A stretch of 64,000 bases of DNA from Pristiophorus japonicus (taxonomy: Eukaryota). The notes under the pieces were generated by a model. It was not told the DNA's origin and ran no database searches. It was given only the letters and a program-made list of their open reading frames with translations. The stretch spans positions 52,266,001-52,330,000 of the forward strand of contig NC_091980.1 in assembly GCF_044704955.1 (NCBI RefSeq), read 5' to 3'. The translations under genes were made by a program, and so were the position numbers. Shown here piece by piece: positions 38,540-48,870 of this stretch. The stretch's first letter is position 1, and each line of letters begins with the position of its first letter.

Positions 38540-38730
38540 GCCATTCCTTCATCGTTGCTGGGTCAAAATCCTAGAACTCCCTACCTAACAACACTGTGGG
38601 AGTATCTTCACCACACAGACTGCAACGGATCACGAGGGTGCCTCGCCACCACCTTCTCAAGAGCAATTGGGGATGGGCAATAAATGCTGGCTTTGCAAGC
38701 GACGGCCACATCCCAGGAACAAATAATTTT
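38540..38730 (+). mobile_element. 3' end of another CR1/L2-group LINE family (related pieces at ~39000-39060, 56780-56990 and probably 59850-60090)
   Basis: FIVAGSKS*NSLPNNTVG...HHHLLK followed by GGGATGGGCAATAAATGCTGG 3' UTR. Confidence 0.65.
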
Positions 38731-38812
38731 TAAAAACACTAATTTTTGGCCAATATTAGCTAATTCAGTACAGACCTGAGATCAACTCTGCAGCGTTTGT
38801 GGTCTGTATAGT

Positions 38813-39953
38813 TCAGTATCCACATGGTTCAGGATATCTCTCATCAATGAATTCGTTGGTTTAAGCCCCACTCTCAAAACTTAAGCTATATAAAGTAGCT
38901 TGATATTTCAGTGTGGCATCAGGGGGGGTTCCCCTTCAGATGAAACATTAAACCAAGGCCCCAACTGCCAATTCAACTGCGGTTCTAGAAGAAGGCCATT
39001 CACCACCTTCTTAAGGGAAACTAGGGATGGCAATAAATGCTAGAGCCATCCATATCCCGAGAAATATATATATATTTAAAATTCTGGTAGTTCAGCTGGA
39101 TGTTATAGATCCTAATGCACTATTTCAAAAAAGAATAGAGTTCTCCCACTGTCCTTGTTGGGAATAACCAAGTGAAATCTGAGAATAGCCCAAACATTCT
39201 TCCCTCGAACAACTCCACTGAAAACAGATTAACTGGTCATTCACTTTATGGCTGTGTGCAATTTGAGACATTTCTAAGTGATATGTGCAAAATAAATACA
39301 AGCCTTTCTCTTTATTAAGTCATGTAGTGCATTTCACCATTGAGCAGATGAGAAAATGTATGTTTAAAAATTTTTGCTGCAACAAGGAACTATTCACTTT
39401 CTCCTAGCACAAAAAATCCTGCATGTACCCTAAGGACAGCACCAAAAGACTTCAAAGAGGATAGCCAGCTAGGGAAGTAAAGTGGAGATGCTGAATAGAC
39501 AAACATTCTGCACTTTCATTTGGTTACTTCCAGGGCTCAGGATACATTCAGACAGAATTTTCTTTCAGAATGTTTGGGCTATTCTCAGATTTCACTTGGT
39601 TATTCCCAACAAGGACAGTGGGAGACTCTATTTTTTTTTTGAAATAGTGCATTAGGATCCATAACATCCAGCTGAACTACCAGAATTAAAAAAAATATAT
39701 ACTTCTCAGGATATGGATGGTGCTAACATTTATTGCCATCCCTAGTTTCCCTTGAGAAGGTGGTGAAGGGCCTTCTTCTAGAACCGCAGTTGAATTGCAA
39801 GTTGGGGCCTTGGTTTAATGTTTCATCTGAAGGGGAACCCCCCCTGATGCCACGCTGAAATATCAAGCTATTTTATATAGCTCAAGTTTTGAGAGTGGGG
39901 CTTAAACCAACTAACTCATTGGCGAGAGATATCCTGAACTATGTGGATACTGA
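38813..39953. repeat. Long inverted duplication: arms 38813-39200 and 39567-39953, spacer ~366 bp
   Basis: Arms are reverse complements along ~390 bp with scattered substitutions. Confidence 0.95.
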
Positions 39954-40189
39954 CAAGTAGGGTCCATGACAATTTGGGTTGTACATGCTCTGTGGAAGCA
40001 GAATTGATTGGCTGCCTGTCTTTTCTCATTTCATTATTCAAGTAAACTGAATAATTAAAAGAATTGTAAAGCATAAAATTGCAAACTGACTTTTTATTTG
40101 CACCTGATCAGTGTATGGTCATCTCACCTGCTCAAGTCCCGCTCACCCATAACTCCTGTGCTTGCTGACCTACACTGGCCCCCAGTTAA

Positions 40190-40429
40190 CACAAGAACAT
40201 AAGAACATAAAAAATAGGAGCTGGAGTAGGCCACTTGGCCCCTCCAGCCTGCTCCACCATTTAATAAGATCATGGCTGATCTGATCATGGACTCAGCTCC
40301 ACTTCCCTGCCTGCTCCCCATAACCTTTTATTCCCTTATTGCTCAAAAATCTGTCCATCTCCGCCTTAAATATATTCAATGTCTCCACAGCTCATTGAAT
40401 ATTTTTAAGGCGGAGATAGACAGATTTTT
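40190..40429 (-). mobile_element. Short CR1 3' end with a fold-back 5' inversion
   Basis: (AAGAACAT)n tail on +; TTAA at both junctions; terminal ~37 bp is an inverted copy of its own sequence. Confidence 0.85.
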
Positions 40430-40514
40430 AAGCAATGCCTTGATTGCAAAATTCTCATCCTTATTTACAAATCCCTCCATGACCTCGCCCTTCCCTATCT
40501 CTGTAATCTCTTTC

Positions 40515-41013
40515 GTGAAGGTGTACCACTTCAGGGAACAGCACGAGCTGTGATGGCAGCGAAGAGTGACATCATCAAGATTCGGGTCGGTGATTGGAGC
40601 ATGGGTAGATACAGCGGGAGTGGCGAGGTCGGCGTGAAGGAGCGGCAAGAGACTGTGGAGGGACGTGATCGGGGCCCAGGAGAGGTGTGAGTTCGAGGCC
40701 AGGAGCCCAGGGGCAGCACGGGCCAGCCCATACTGCGATATGTGTGCTCACTAGGTCCGTGCAGCAGAGCAGCTCTCCAGTTGTCTTGGATAATCCTTGC
40801 CATTGGACCAAGACCGAGCTCTGTCAAGCCCATGTGGTGACTGATGTGCAAAAAAAATCCATGCACAGGCATCTTCCACCCTTCAGGATGTAGCTCAGGA
40901 CCTAGAATTTTAGGTCCTTCATTGGAACACCTGTGAAATCCTTTTTTGGCATGGAAGCAAGTCATCCTTGATTCGAGGGACTGCCTATGATGATGATGAT
41001 GATGATAATGAAG
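40515..41013 (+). mobile_element. Non-coding RTE-tailed retroposon (SINE-like), copy 1
   Basis: Ends in the RTE 3' terminus GGAAGCAAGTCATCC...GAGGGACTGCCTA(TGA)n; TSD AATCTCTTTC / AATCTTTTTC; second copy at ~60330-60911. Confidence 0.85.
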
Positions 41014-41994
41014 AATCTTTTTCAGCCTCACAATTCCCCCAAGATGTCTGCGTTCATCAAATTCTGCCCTCTTGAGCATCCCTGGTTATAATTGCTCAAC
41101 CATCGGTGGCCATGCCTTCAGCTGCTACACCATAAGCTCTGGAACTCCTTGCCTAAACCTCTTTGCCTCTCTAACTCTCTTTCCTCCTTTAGGACACTCC
41201 TTAAAACCTACCTCTTTTATCTGCTGTAATTTCTTCTTATCTGGCTCAGTGTCAAATTAATTTTTTGTCTTATGACACTCCTGTGAAGCGCCTTGGGATG
41301 TTTTACTATGTTAAAGGTGCTATATAAATACAAGTTGTTGTTGTTGTAATACTAAGTTATAAAGATGAGGAGGGCCCCAAGTTTGATCTCCAGGTTTATA
41401 TCGTGTGAGGTGATCACACCTTGAGTGGATTGAGGCAATATAATTGGCCTCACTATCCTGAGAATGGATTTTTATTCCTAATCACCTTTCAGTGAATCTT
41501 CTAAAAAGTAGGCTCAGATATGCTGCTCACCACAGGCTTAGTTAGGCTTACACATGAAGAATGGCAAGTTGGATAAGATGCAGGATGGCAGCTATTGCCT
41601 GTGCATCCGTGAGATAACATGAGCTACCCCTTTTTAGGATAGAAGGGAGAATGTTGGGTCGGGGAAAAAAGCAGAAAGAGACTGTACAAAATAAAATCAT
41701 GACTATATATTTGATTGTGTAATCCTGAGAAAGACACAAAATGTGGGAAACAGGTTATTGACCAAAAGGGAATGGACTTTCTGTACACTATCAATTCGTC
41801 AGCGAAAGGGGACTGGAAGAAACCAGGAAAAAAAGCTGTATTCAAATTGGTTTGGCATCAATATCAATTAAGGAACTTGTTTAAAAATATAGAATAAGCA
41901 TCCTCCAGTGTCCCGAATATGCTGTCAGTGCATACACAATCAAACGTGAGCTGGAGTTTGGCTGCTGCAAACTACAAAAGTGAGAACATCTGAA

Positions 41995-42329
41995 AAGTTC
42001 ACCTGAATCCCATGATTCTGTTGCAGCCTGCAGCACTGTCCCAAACATAATTCACTTCATATAATAGCTGCTGTATCTCAACGCCTGGCTCATGCGTCAT
42101 TGCACTGAGGACACAGTTTCGTGCGTACTCAGTCTATGAGTAAACCATGCAAGAGGAAGCAGCAGTTTAAAGGTTCACGTGAATCCCATGAGTGTGATAC
42201 AGCTTATGTGTCGCAATTCACTTCATATAATAACTGCTGTACCTCGATATCTGTCCAGTGCCTCATTGTGCTGAGACTGTTGTTATTGAACAGTCTGTGA
42301 GTAAATCATGTGAGAGGAAGCAGTATTTT
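41995..42329. repeat. Diverged two-unit tandem duplication (~160-175 bp unit)
   Basis: GTTCAC.TGAATCCCATGA, AATTCACTTCATATAATA.CTGCTGTA and CAGTCT.TGAGTAAA.CATG..AGAGGAAGCAG each occur twice in the same order. Confidence 0.85.
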
Positions 42330-42374
42330 ATAGAATTGTGATGAAAATGCGCTTAAAGGAGCACTCTCTTAAAA

Positions 42375-42750
42375 TCATAGAATGATACAGCACAGAAGGA
42401 GGCTATTCAGCCCAATATGCCTGTGTCAGCTCTTTGAAAGAGCTATCCAATTAGCTCCCCTGCTCTTTCCCCATAGCCCTGCAAATTTTTCCCCTCCAAA
42501 TATTTATCCAATTTCCTTTTGGATGTTATTATTGAATCTGCTACCATCACCATTTCAGGCAGGGCATTCCATCATTTTCTCTCTGTGCATTCCAGATCAT
42601 AACTCACTTGTAAAAATGTTCACTTCCTGCCATCTCTGGTTCTTTTGCCAATTACCTCAATTTTGTGTCCTCTGGTTACCGACCCTTCTGCCACTGGAAA
42701 CAGTTTCTCCTTATTTACTCTTTCAAAACATTTCATGGTTTTAAACACAT
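42375..42750 (-). mobile_element. CR1 3' end
   Basis: Minus strand reads VFKTMKCFERVNKEKLFP...TRGHKI, followed by the CR1 3' UTR. Confidence 0.8.
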
Positions 42751-42754
42751 CTAG

Positions 42755-43632
42755 ACCAGGAGTACAAGAACCCAGCCACAGCCACCGCAATTCTGGAGTC
42801 CTTGAACATGGCGAGACGTGAAAGTTACAGGAGCCTTGTGGAGAAGACTCACTACAGCAGGAAAGCTTGGGCCCTGCTCCGTCAACTTGGTGGGGCAAAC
42901 CCCATCTATAAACACAGGACGATCATCAGAGCAGAAACATTGCATCCACTTGATTCAAACATCAAAGGCTCCAGTGGACAAAGAATTTTGACGCCAAGTG
43001 AAGCGGCTGCTTTCAACAAACTAGATGGCGGCACCAAGATCATCAACAATGTCTGATCCATTCACTTTGGACGAACTAAACACGGCTCTGTTGACAATCA
43101 AATCTGGAACAGCTGCTGGCCCAGATGGTGTTTACCCAGAATTCTTAAAAGCTCTGGGACCCAAAGTGAAGAAATGGTTGATCTCCTTCTTCTGAGGTGC
43201 TGGCAACTGGTAAAATTCAACCTAGTTGGAAGAAGACTAAAGGAGTTGCCCTCTTGAAGCAGGGGAAGAAAGCCTGTGAAGCCTTCAGCTACCACCCGAT
43301 CTCTTTACTTTGCATGTAATAAAGTGCTGGAGAGGCTACTACTCCACAGATAGTCCCCATCATTGAGCAAATCTTTCCAAAGGAGCACATGGGCTTCCGG
43401 AGAGCCTGTAACTGCTGCAACCAAGTGGTAGTTTTAACAATGCACATTGAAGCAAGCTTCCAGCGCCAGCTCAAGACTGCCGTAGCACCCATAGGCCTGT
43501 CAGCAGCGTATGACACAGTATGGATGCATGGAATGCATCTCAAGCTCTCCACCATTTTACGCTGCAGAGCAATGATCCATCTTCTCAACGCCATGATTAG
43601 CAACCGACGCATCCATGCGTACTCTGGGGATC
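42755..43632 (+). mobile_element. Vingi/Ingi-like (I-group) LINE internal fragment, RT N-terminal half
   Basis: HYSRKAWALLRQLGGA, KSGTAAGPDGVYPEFLK, YHPISLL, GFRR.CNCCNQVV.LT.HIEA.FQRQLKT...LSAAYDTVW, and MISNRR motifs. Confidence 0.7.
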
Positions 43633-44580
43633 TCCCCCCCCCCCCCCGTGAACTTCTACCCCATCCGTGAACTTCCACTCCCTCCCCGTGATCTCCTCCA
43701 CATCCCACCACCCCCCGCGATCGGCTCCATATCCCACCCCACCTCCGCCATCTCCTGCACATCCCACCCCACTCCCCCGCAATATCCTCCACATCCCAAC
43801 CCCCCCCCCCGCAATATCCTCCACATCCCAACCCCCCCGCCATCTCCTCCACATCCCAACCCCCCCCCGCAATATCCTCCACATCTCAACCCCCCCCGCC
43901 ATCTCCTCCACATCCCAACCCCCCCGCAATATCCTCCACATCCCACCCCCCCGCCATCTCCTCCACATCCCAACCCCGCCGCAATATCCTCCACATCCCA
44001 CACCCCTCCCCCGCAATATCCTCCACATCCCACCCCCCCTCCCCCGCAATATCCTCCACATCCCACCGCCCCCCCCGCCATCTCCTCCACATCCCAACCT
44101 CCCCGGAATATCCTCCACATCTCAACCCCGTCGCTATCTCCTCCACATCCCACCTCCCCGCCATCTCCTCCCTATCCCACCCCCCCGGCGATCTCCTCCA
44201 CATCCCACCCCCCCGCAATATCCTCCACATCCCAACCCCGCTGCCATCTCCTCCATATCCCACCCCCCCCGCAATATCTCCACATCCCACCCCCCTCGGC
44301 CATCTCCTCCATTCCACTCCCCGCAATATCCTCCACATCCCACCCCGCCATCTCCTCCACATCCTCCTCCCCTTGCAATATACTCCATATCCCATCCCCC
44401 TCCCGCGATCACCTCCACATCTCACAACCCCCCCTGCAATCTTCTCTACATTCCTCTCCGCCCCCGCGATCTTCTCCACGGACCCCGTCCTCCCCCCCCC
44501 CCCCCCACCGATCTTCTCTACATCCCCCATCACAATTTTCTCCATGGCTCTGTGATCTTCTCCACGGCCCCCCCCACACT
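43633..44580. repeat. C-rich minisatellite, ~25-28 bp unit CCCCCGC(A/C)AT(A/C)TCCTCCACATCCCA
   Basis: Roughly 30-35 imperfect copies, decaying toward the 3' end. Confidence 0.92.
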
Positions 44581-45414
44581 GATGTACCCCTATCCATAGT
44601 CTCTCCCTCCCTCCTCTATGCTCCCCGGCTGCGGCCTGGTGTCGCGGGTTTTCCTGGCAGACAGCCTCTCAATCTGGCTGGCTGTGGCTGGTGAATGGAT
44701 TCCAAAATTGCTAATCTAGTCCTCCTGTTCGGCAGGATCTGTGGTAAACTCCCTCGCGATCTTCTCCACATCTCCCCCCCGCCCCCGCCGGCCTACCTAT
44801 AAATATCAGGGCCAATGCTTCATTACAACTTGGTCTTCCTCTGTACAACCTTTACTCTTGTTCTCCACAATAGTCAGCTTCTGTAGGTAAGCCTGTTCTA
44901 ATGAACCAAAAAATGACCCTGTGCTAAACATCTGGCATAGTGTTGCCACAGGGCAAATAGTGAGCCCTTCTACTGTTGGCGTTTGCATTAGAAATAATGA
45001 GTCTACACATTGTATATCTCACCAAACCACTGGGAAATAACATGCTGATCTGAAAGCTCATGTTAAACAATATAGATTCATAATTATTAAAAAGTTAAAT
45101 CATGTAGAAGAAAAAATCATTTAAATAAAAATTAAATGCAGGCCTTAATTCTCACTGTTACTTTAAAATTGTTTTATGTGCACCAAAATAATTTTCTCTA
45201 ATCAAACTGATCTAAGGAACTAGGGAAAGCTGGTCATACATATCCCCAGATTCTGGTCATTTTTGGCTGCAGAATTAATAGTTAAGAATCAGAATGAAGA
45301 TGCAATGACAGGAGATGGCTCACAATCCCTGCTGTTTGGCATTCACTTTAACCAGAAGATGCTAATTCTTACACAATATACATGCTGCTAATATTTAGAA
45401 AATAAAGTTTTGAC

Positions 45415-45535
45415 ATGTTCTGATGAGGATTTATATTTGTCCTTTCTCCACAGATGCTGTGCTGCCTGCTCTTCTGAGAGTTTGCAGCAATTTTTGTTTT
45501 TGATTCAGACTTCAAGCATCTGTAGCACTTTGTGT
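45415..45535 (+). mobile_element. Penelope-like terminal-repeat relic
   Basis: TTCTGATGAGG...TTCTCCACAGATGCTG...TTTTTGTTTTTGATTCAGACTTCAAGCATCTGTAG; same family as 10540-10660. Confidence 0.55.
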
Positions 45536-46224
45536 CCTATTATTTTTGGTTTAATTCACTGCCACTTCTCTCCTAGGAATGCCAACCTTGAAGAAGTTCT
45601 TTGTTTTATTTTCTCTCCTTTTTTTCCTTCCCCAGGAGCTACTAGAGGCTGCGGTGGATGGTATATGCGGTTGGTGAATAGGGATAGATTAATGATCTTT
45701 TCTGACCTGTCTTTCTGTATGTCCATAGGTATCTGTGGCCATTAAAGTGAATGTCAACATCACAACTACAGACAAAGGTCAGGTCAGTGAAATATTTGTG
45801 TATCTTACTAAAGAAAACAATGGTTGAGTGGGTAAATGCACCCCATGGTGTAGTACGGAGCCACATGGACGGTCCTGGGTTTGATCTCTGATCTGTATTG
45901 ATGTAGCTAATGTCAGACAGTGGCAGGGACACTACATTTACCTTTAGCATCCCTAGGCTAGGGAGGTGAAAGGTTGGCCAGGGTTTCCATTGCTGACCAA
46001 TATCTAGTTGTAGCAGGCTCCCAACCAGTCAGGAGGCCTTGCACTGCCTGCCATGTCTTTTCTCCCTCTCCTTTAATATTTAAACTGGAGAGGCAGTCGG
46101 CAAAATGGAAAAGAAGATGGTTTGCCTTGGAGGTGAAAGCAGTCAGTTACTTCACAGGCTACTTGACCAGAAAAGTGACAGCGTGAAAGTTAAGCAAATA
46201 AATGACCCTCTGATCCTATCGGAG

Positions 46225-46753
46225 GAAGGACATTCTTGCTATTGAGGGAGCACAGCGAAGGTTCACCAGACTGATTCCCGGGATGGCAGGACTGACATAT
46301 GAGGAGAGACTGGATCAACTGGGCTTGTATCCACTGGAGTTTAGAAGAATGAGAGGGCATCTCATAGAAACATATAAAATTCTGATGGGATTGGACAGGT
46401 TAGAGGCAGGAAGAATGTTCCTGTTGCTGGGGAGTTCCAGAACCAGGGGTCACAATCTAAGAATAAGGGGTAAGCCATTTAGGACCGAGATGAGGAGAAA
46501 CTTCTTCACTCAGAGAATGGTTAACCTGTGGAATTCCCTACCGCAGAGAATTGTTGAGGCCAGTTCGTTATATATATTCAAGAGGGAGTTCGATATGGCC
46601 CTTACGGCCAAAGGGATCAAGGGGTATGGAGAGAAAGCAGGAAGGGGGTACTGTGGTTGAATGATCAGCCATGATCTTATTGCATGGCGGTGCAGGCTCG
46701 AAGGGCCGAATGGCCTGGTCCCACACCTAATTTCTATGTTTCTATGTTTCTAT
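46225..46753 (+). mobile_element. CR1 3' end, same subfamily as 18255-20574
   Basis: Closely matches 20045-20574, including the (TTCTATGT)n tail. Confidence 0.95.
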
Positions 46754-48074
46754 CCGAGAGCCTTGCTGCTGTGGCTGACTCCAGAGGTCTAAATAAGAAA
46801 CAGTCCAAAGTTAAAGAACTATTAACAACCATGACATCACAACAGTATTTTTCTGAAGAAATGATTTACAATAATGCAGCTAGTCGCCAGGAACATAGAA
46901 ACATAGAAAATAGGTGCAGGAGTCTATATAATGTAGCATACTACACATTATAAAACACTACAGACTATAGACTTTTGTGTTTATTGCCTGAGCATTAAGC
47001 ATCACCTGGTTAGAGCACAGAGAGGAAAATCTGGAGGGGAAGGTTGGTAGCAGAACCTGCCGGATTTTTCTTCCACTAAAATTAATGGAAGGAAAATCCA
47101 AAGGGTTCGATAAGGGATGGGCAATCCTATATGGCAGATTTTCCTTTCTGTTAACACCCAGGTAGTAAAGACAAAAATCTTTCCTCATAAATCATATGAT
47201 ATACAATATAGATTTGCAGTACTCATTATAGATAGTTCTCAGAATCAGGCAGAGAGGTGTTTGGAAAGTCAAAACCAAATGGAAGCTATTACTGGAGAAG
47301 TGGTTTTATATGATTATAAATGATGAAAAACCCCAATACAATGTAATGAGTGTCAGAAAAATCAGTCATAAAAAATCATCCATTGGCCTTCAGGGAAAAC
47401 CCTCTGCGCACAGTTTGTAGATCAGTAGCACTAATAAATAGAGATATGCAGTTAGGTACAGCCGATCACTGAGAAAATCAGTAAGTTTATGGAGACTCAA
47501 TGGCACTGAGTATCATGACCCCTGCCAGTAGAACCTGTGCCATCTATATTATCGTCCAATAATTTGACTCTGGATATCGTAATGTCTGTAATTTATTAAT
47601 CTGAAAAACGACAAAGAATACTGTGCTTCCCTTATCTGTTTTCAAACGAATAAACCCACTGGATTAGAAATTGGTATAATAGTCATAATGCTGCATTGTC
47701 ATCCATTTTTAAGTGTATGAAATTCCTTTTTTTTGGCTCCTTTTTGCCTATTAAATGGTTTTGCCAGATCACATGCCACCTGAGGCTGAGATGACAACTT
47801 GCTCCCACAGAGAGCAGATGTTAATTTTCCTATAATTTTGTTCACTTCACTCTCCCACCCTCTCCCCCTCCTCCGGCATCTTGGCTGAAGTACCAGCGTC
47901 CTCCCTGCAACAGTTTACCCAAGATTGGAACTTTAACCAAGTAGGGCAAGGTGGGAGAAGGGAGAAATGAACCTATATCATTCTCGATTTCTTAACTTAA
48001 TGTTTCATGATCAATATCAATATCCTTTTACTTAAATCACTGTCACAGAACTTCCTCACAAGCACAAAAAAGCT

Positions 48075-48664
48075 GGAGTCACGTGGGCCTGGACCACCAA
48101 TCACTTTGCAGTATTCTCATTGATGGTAATGGAAACTCTGTTCCTCTGAGTTTCCATTACTATCAATGAGAATAACCCCCTAAAACACAAACACAACATA
48201 ATACATTTTAAAAAACACCTCATGCATTTAAAATTAATTGAAATGAAAGTTAATTAAATGTTTTACATTAAAAAATCCCCAAAATTTTTTTTATGTGTTT
48301 TAATACGATTTAAAATAAACTTATCTTAATGGACAGGGTTTTTACTCTAAAAATGTGTATTTAGATTTAATTTTTATATGTTTTGAAACTCTTACGCTGC
48401 TAAAAGTAGGCTATGTGCCTGCTTTTACCAGGCGTAAAAGTTTCAAGGGCATTCGCTGGGCAAGAGATGGGCAAATAGCCCAATCTTGTCTGCGTGAATG
48501 TCCCTCCTGCGGGGATGCGGAGGATCTGTCAAGCGAAATCTTGACAGATCGGAAAAAACAGTTTTCGTCGCGTGCACATTGCGCGCCGAAAACCAGCTTT
48601 TGTAAGGCCTCACCGGGTCCATACGTATTCCGTATGAACCTGGCAAGGCCGGGATTCTACCCCC
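48075..48664. mobile_element. Left-truncated MITE related to 691-1356
   Basis: Shares CCTGCTTTTACCAGGC, GGATGCGGAGGATCTGTCAAG...CTTGACAGATC and the AT-rich centre; ends GGGATTCTACCCC. Confidence 0.7.
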
Positions 48665-48870
48665 AATAAATTCTTTCTTCTTTCTGGAATTCCTTTCCTA
48701 GACCTAGTGACCTCTCCACCTCCCTCTTATCCTTTACAAACATTCGCAAAACCTCTCTCTAAATCAAGGCTTTTGTTACTTATCCTAATATCTCCATTCT
48801 TGGAGCAGTGGCTATTTCCCTCAGGCCTCTCTGAAGCACCTTGCAATGCTCTTTATGTTAAAGGTACAAA

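Larger units (their letters stand above)
40115..41346 (+). mobile_element. L2 3' end with (TTG)n tail, hosting two nested insertions
   Basis: L2 sequence resumes after each insertion (40190-40429 and 40515-41013); tail ACAAGTTGTTGTTGTTG. Confidence 0.85.

Noticed and set aside
43289-44694. Extensin-like or keratin-associated-like ORFs (YPPHP, GCGGYCGG repeats)
   Set aside because: Open in nearly all frames because of the C-rich minisatellite; no splice or start context.
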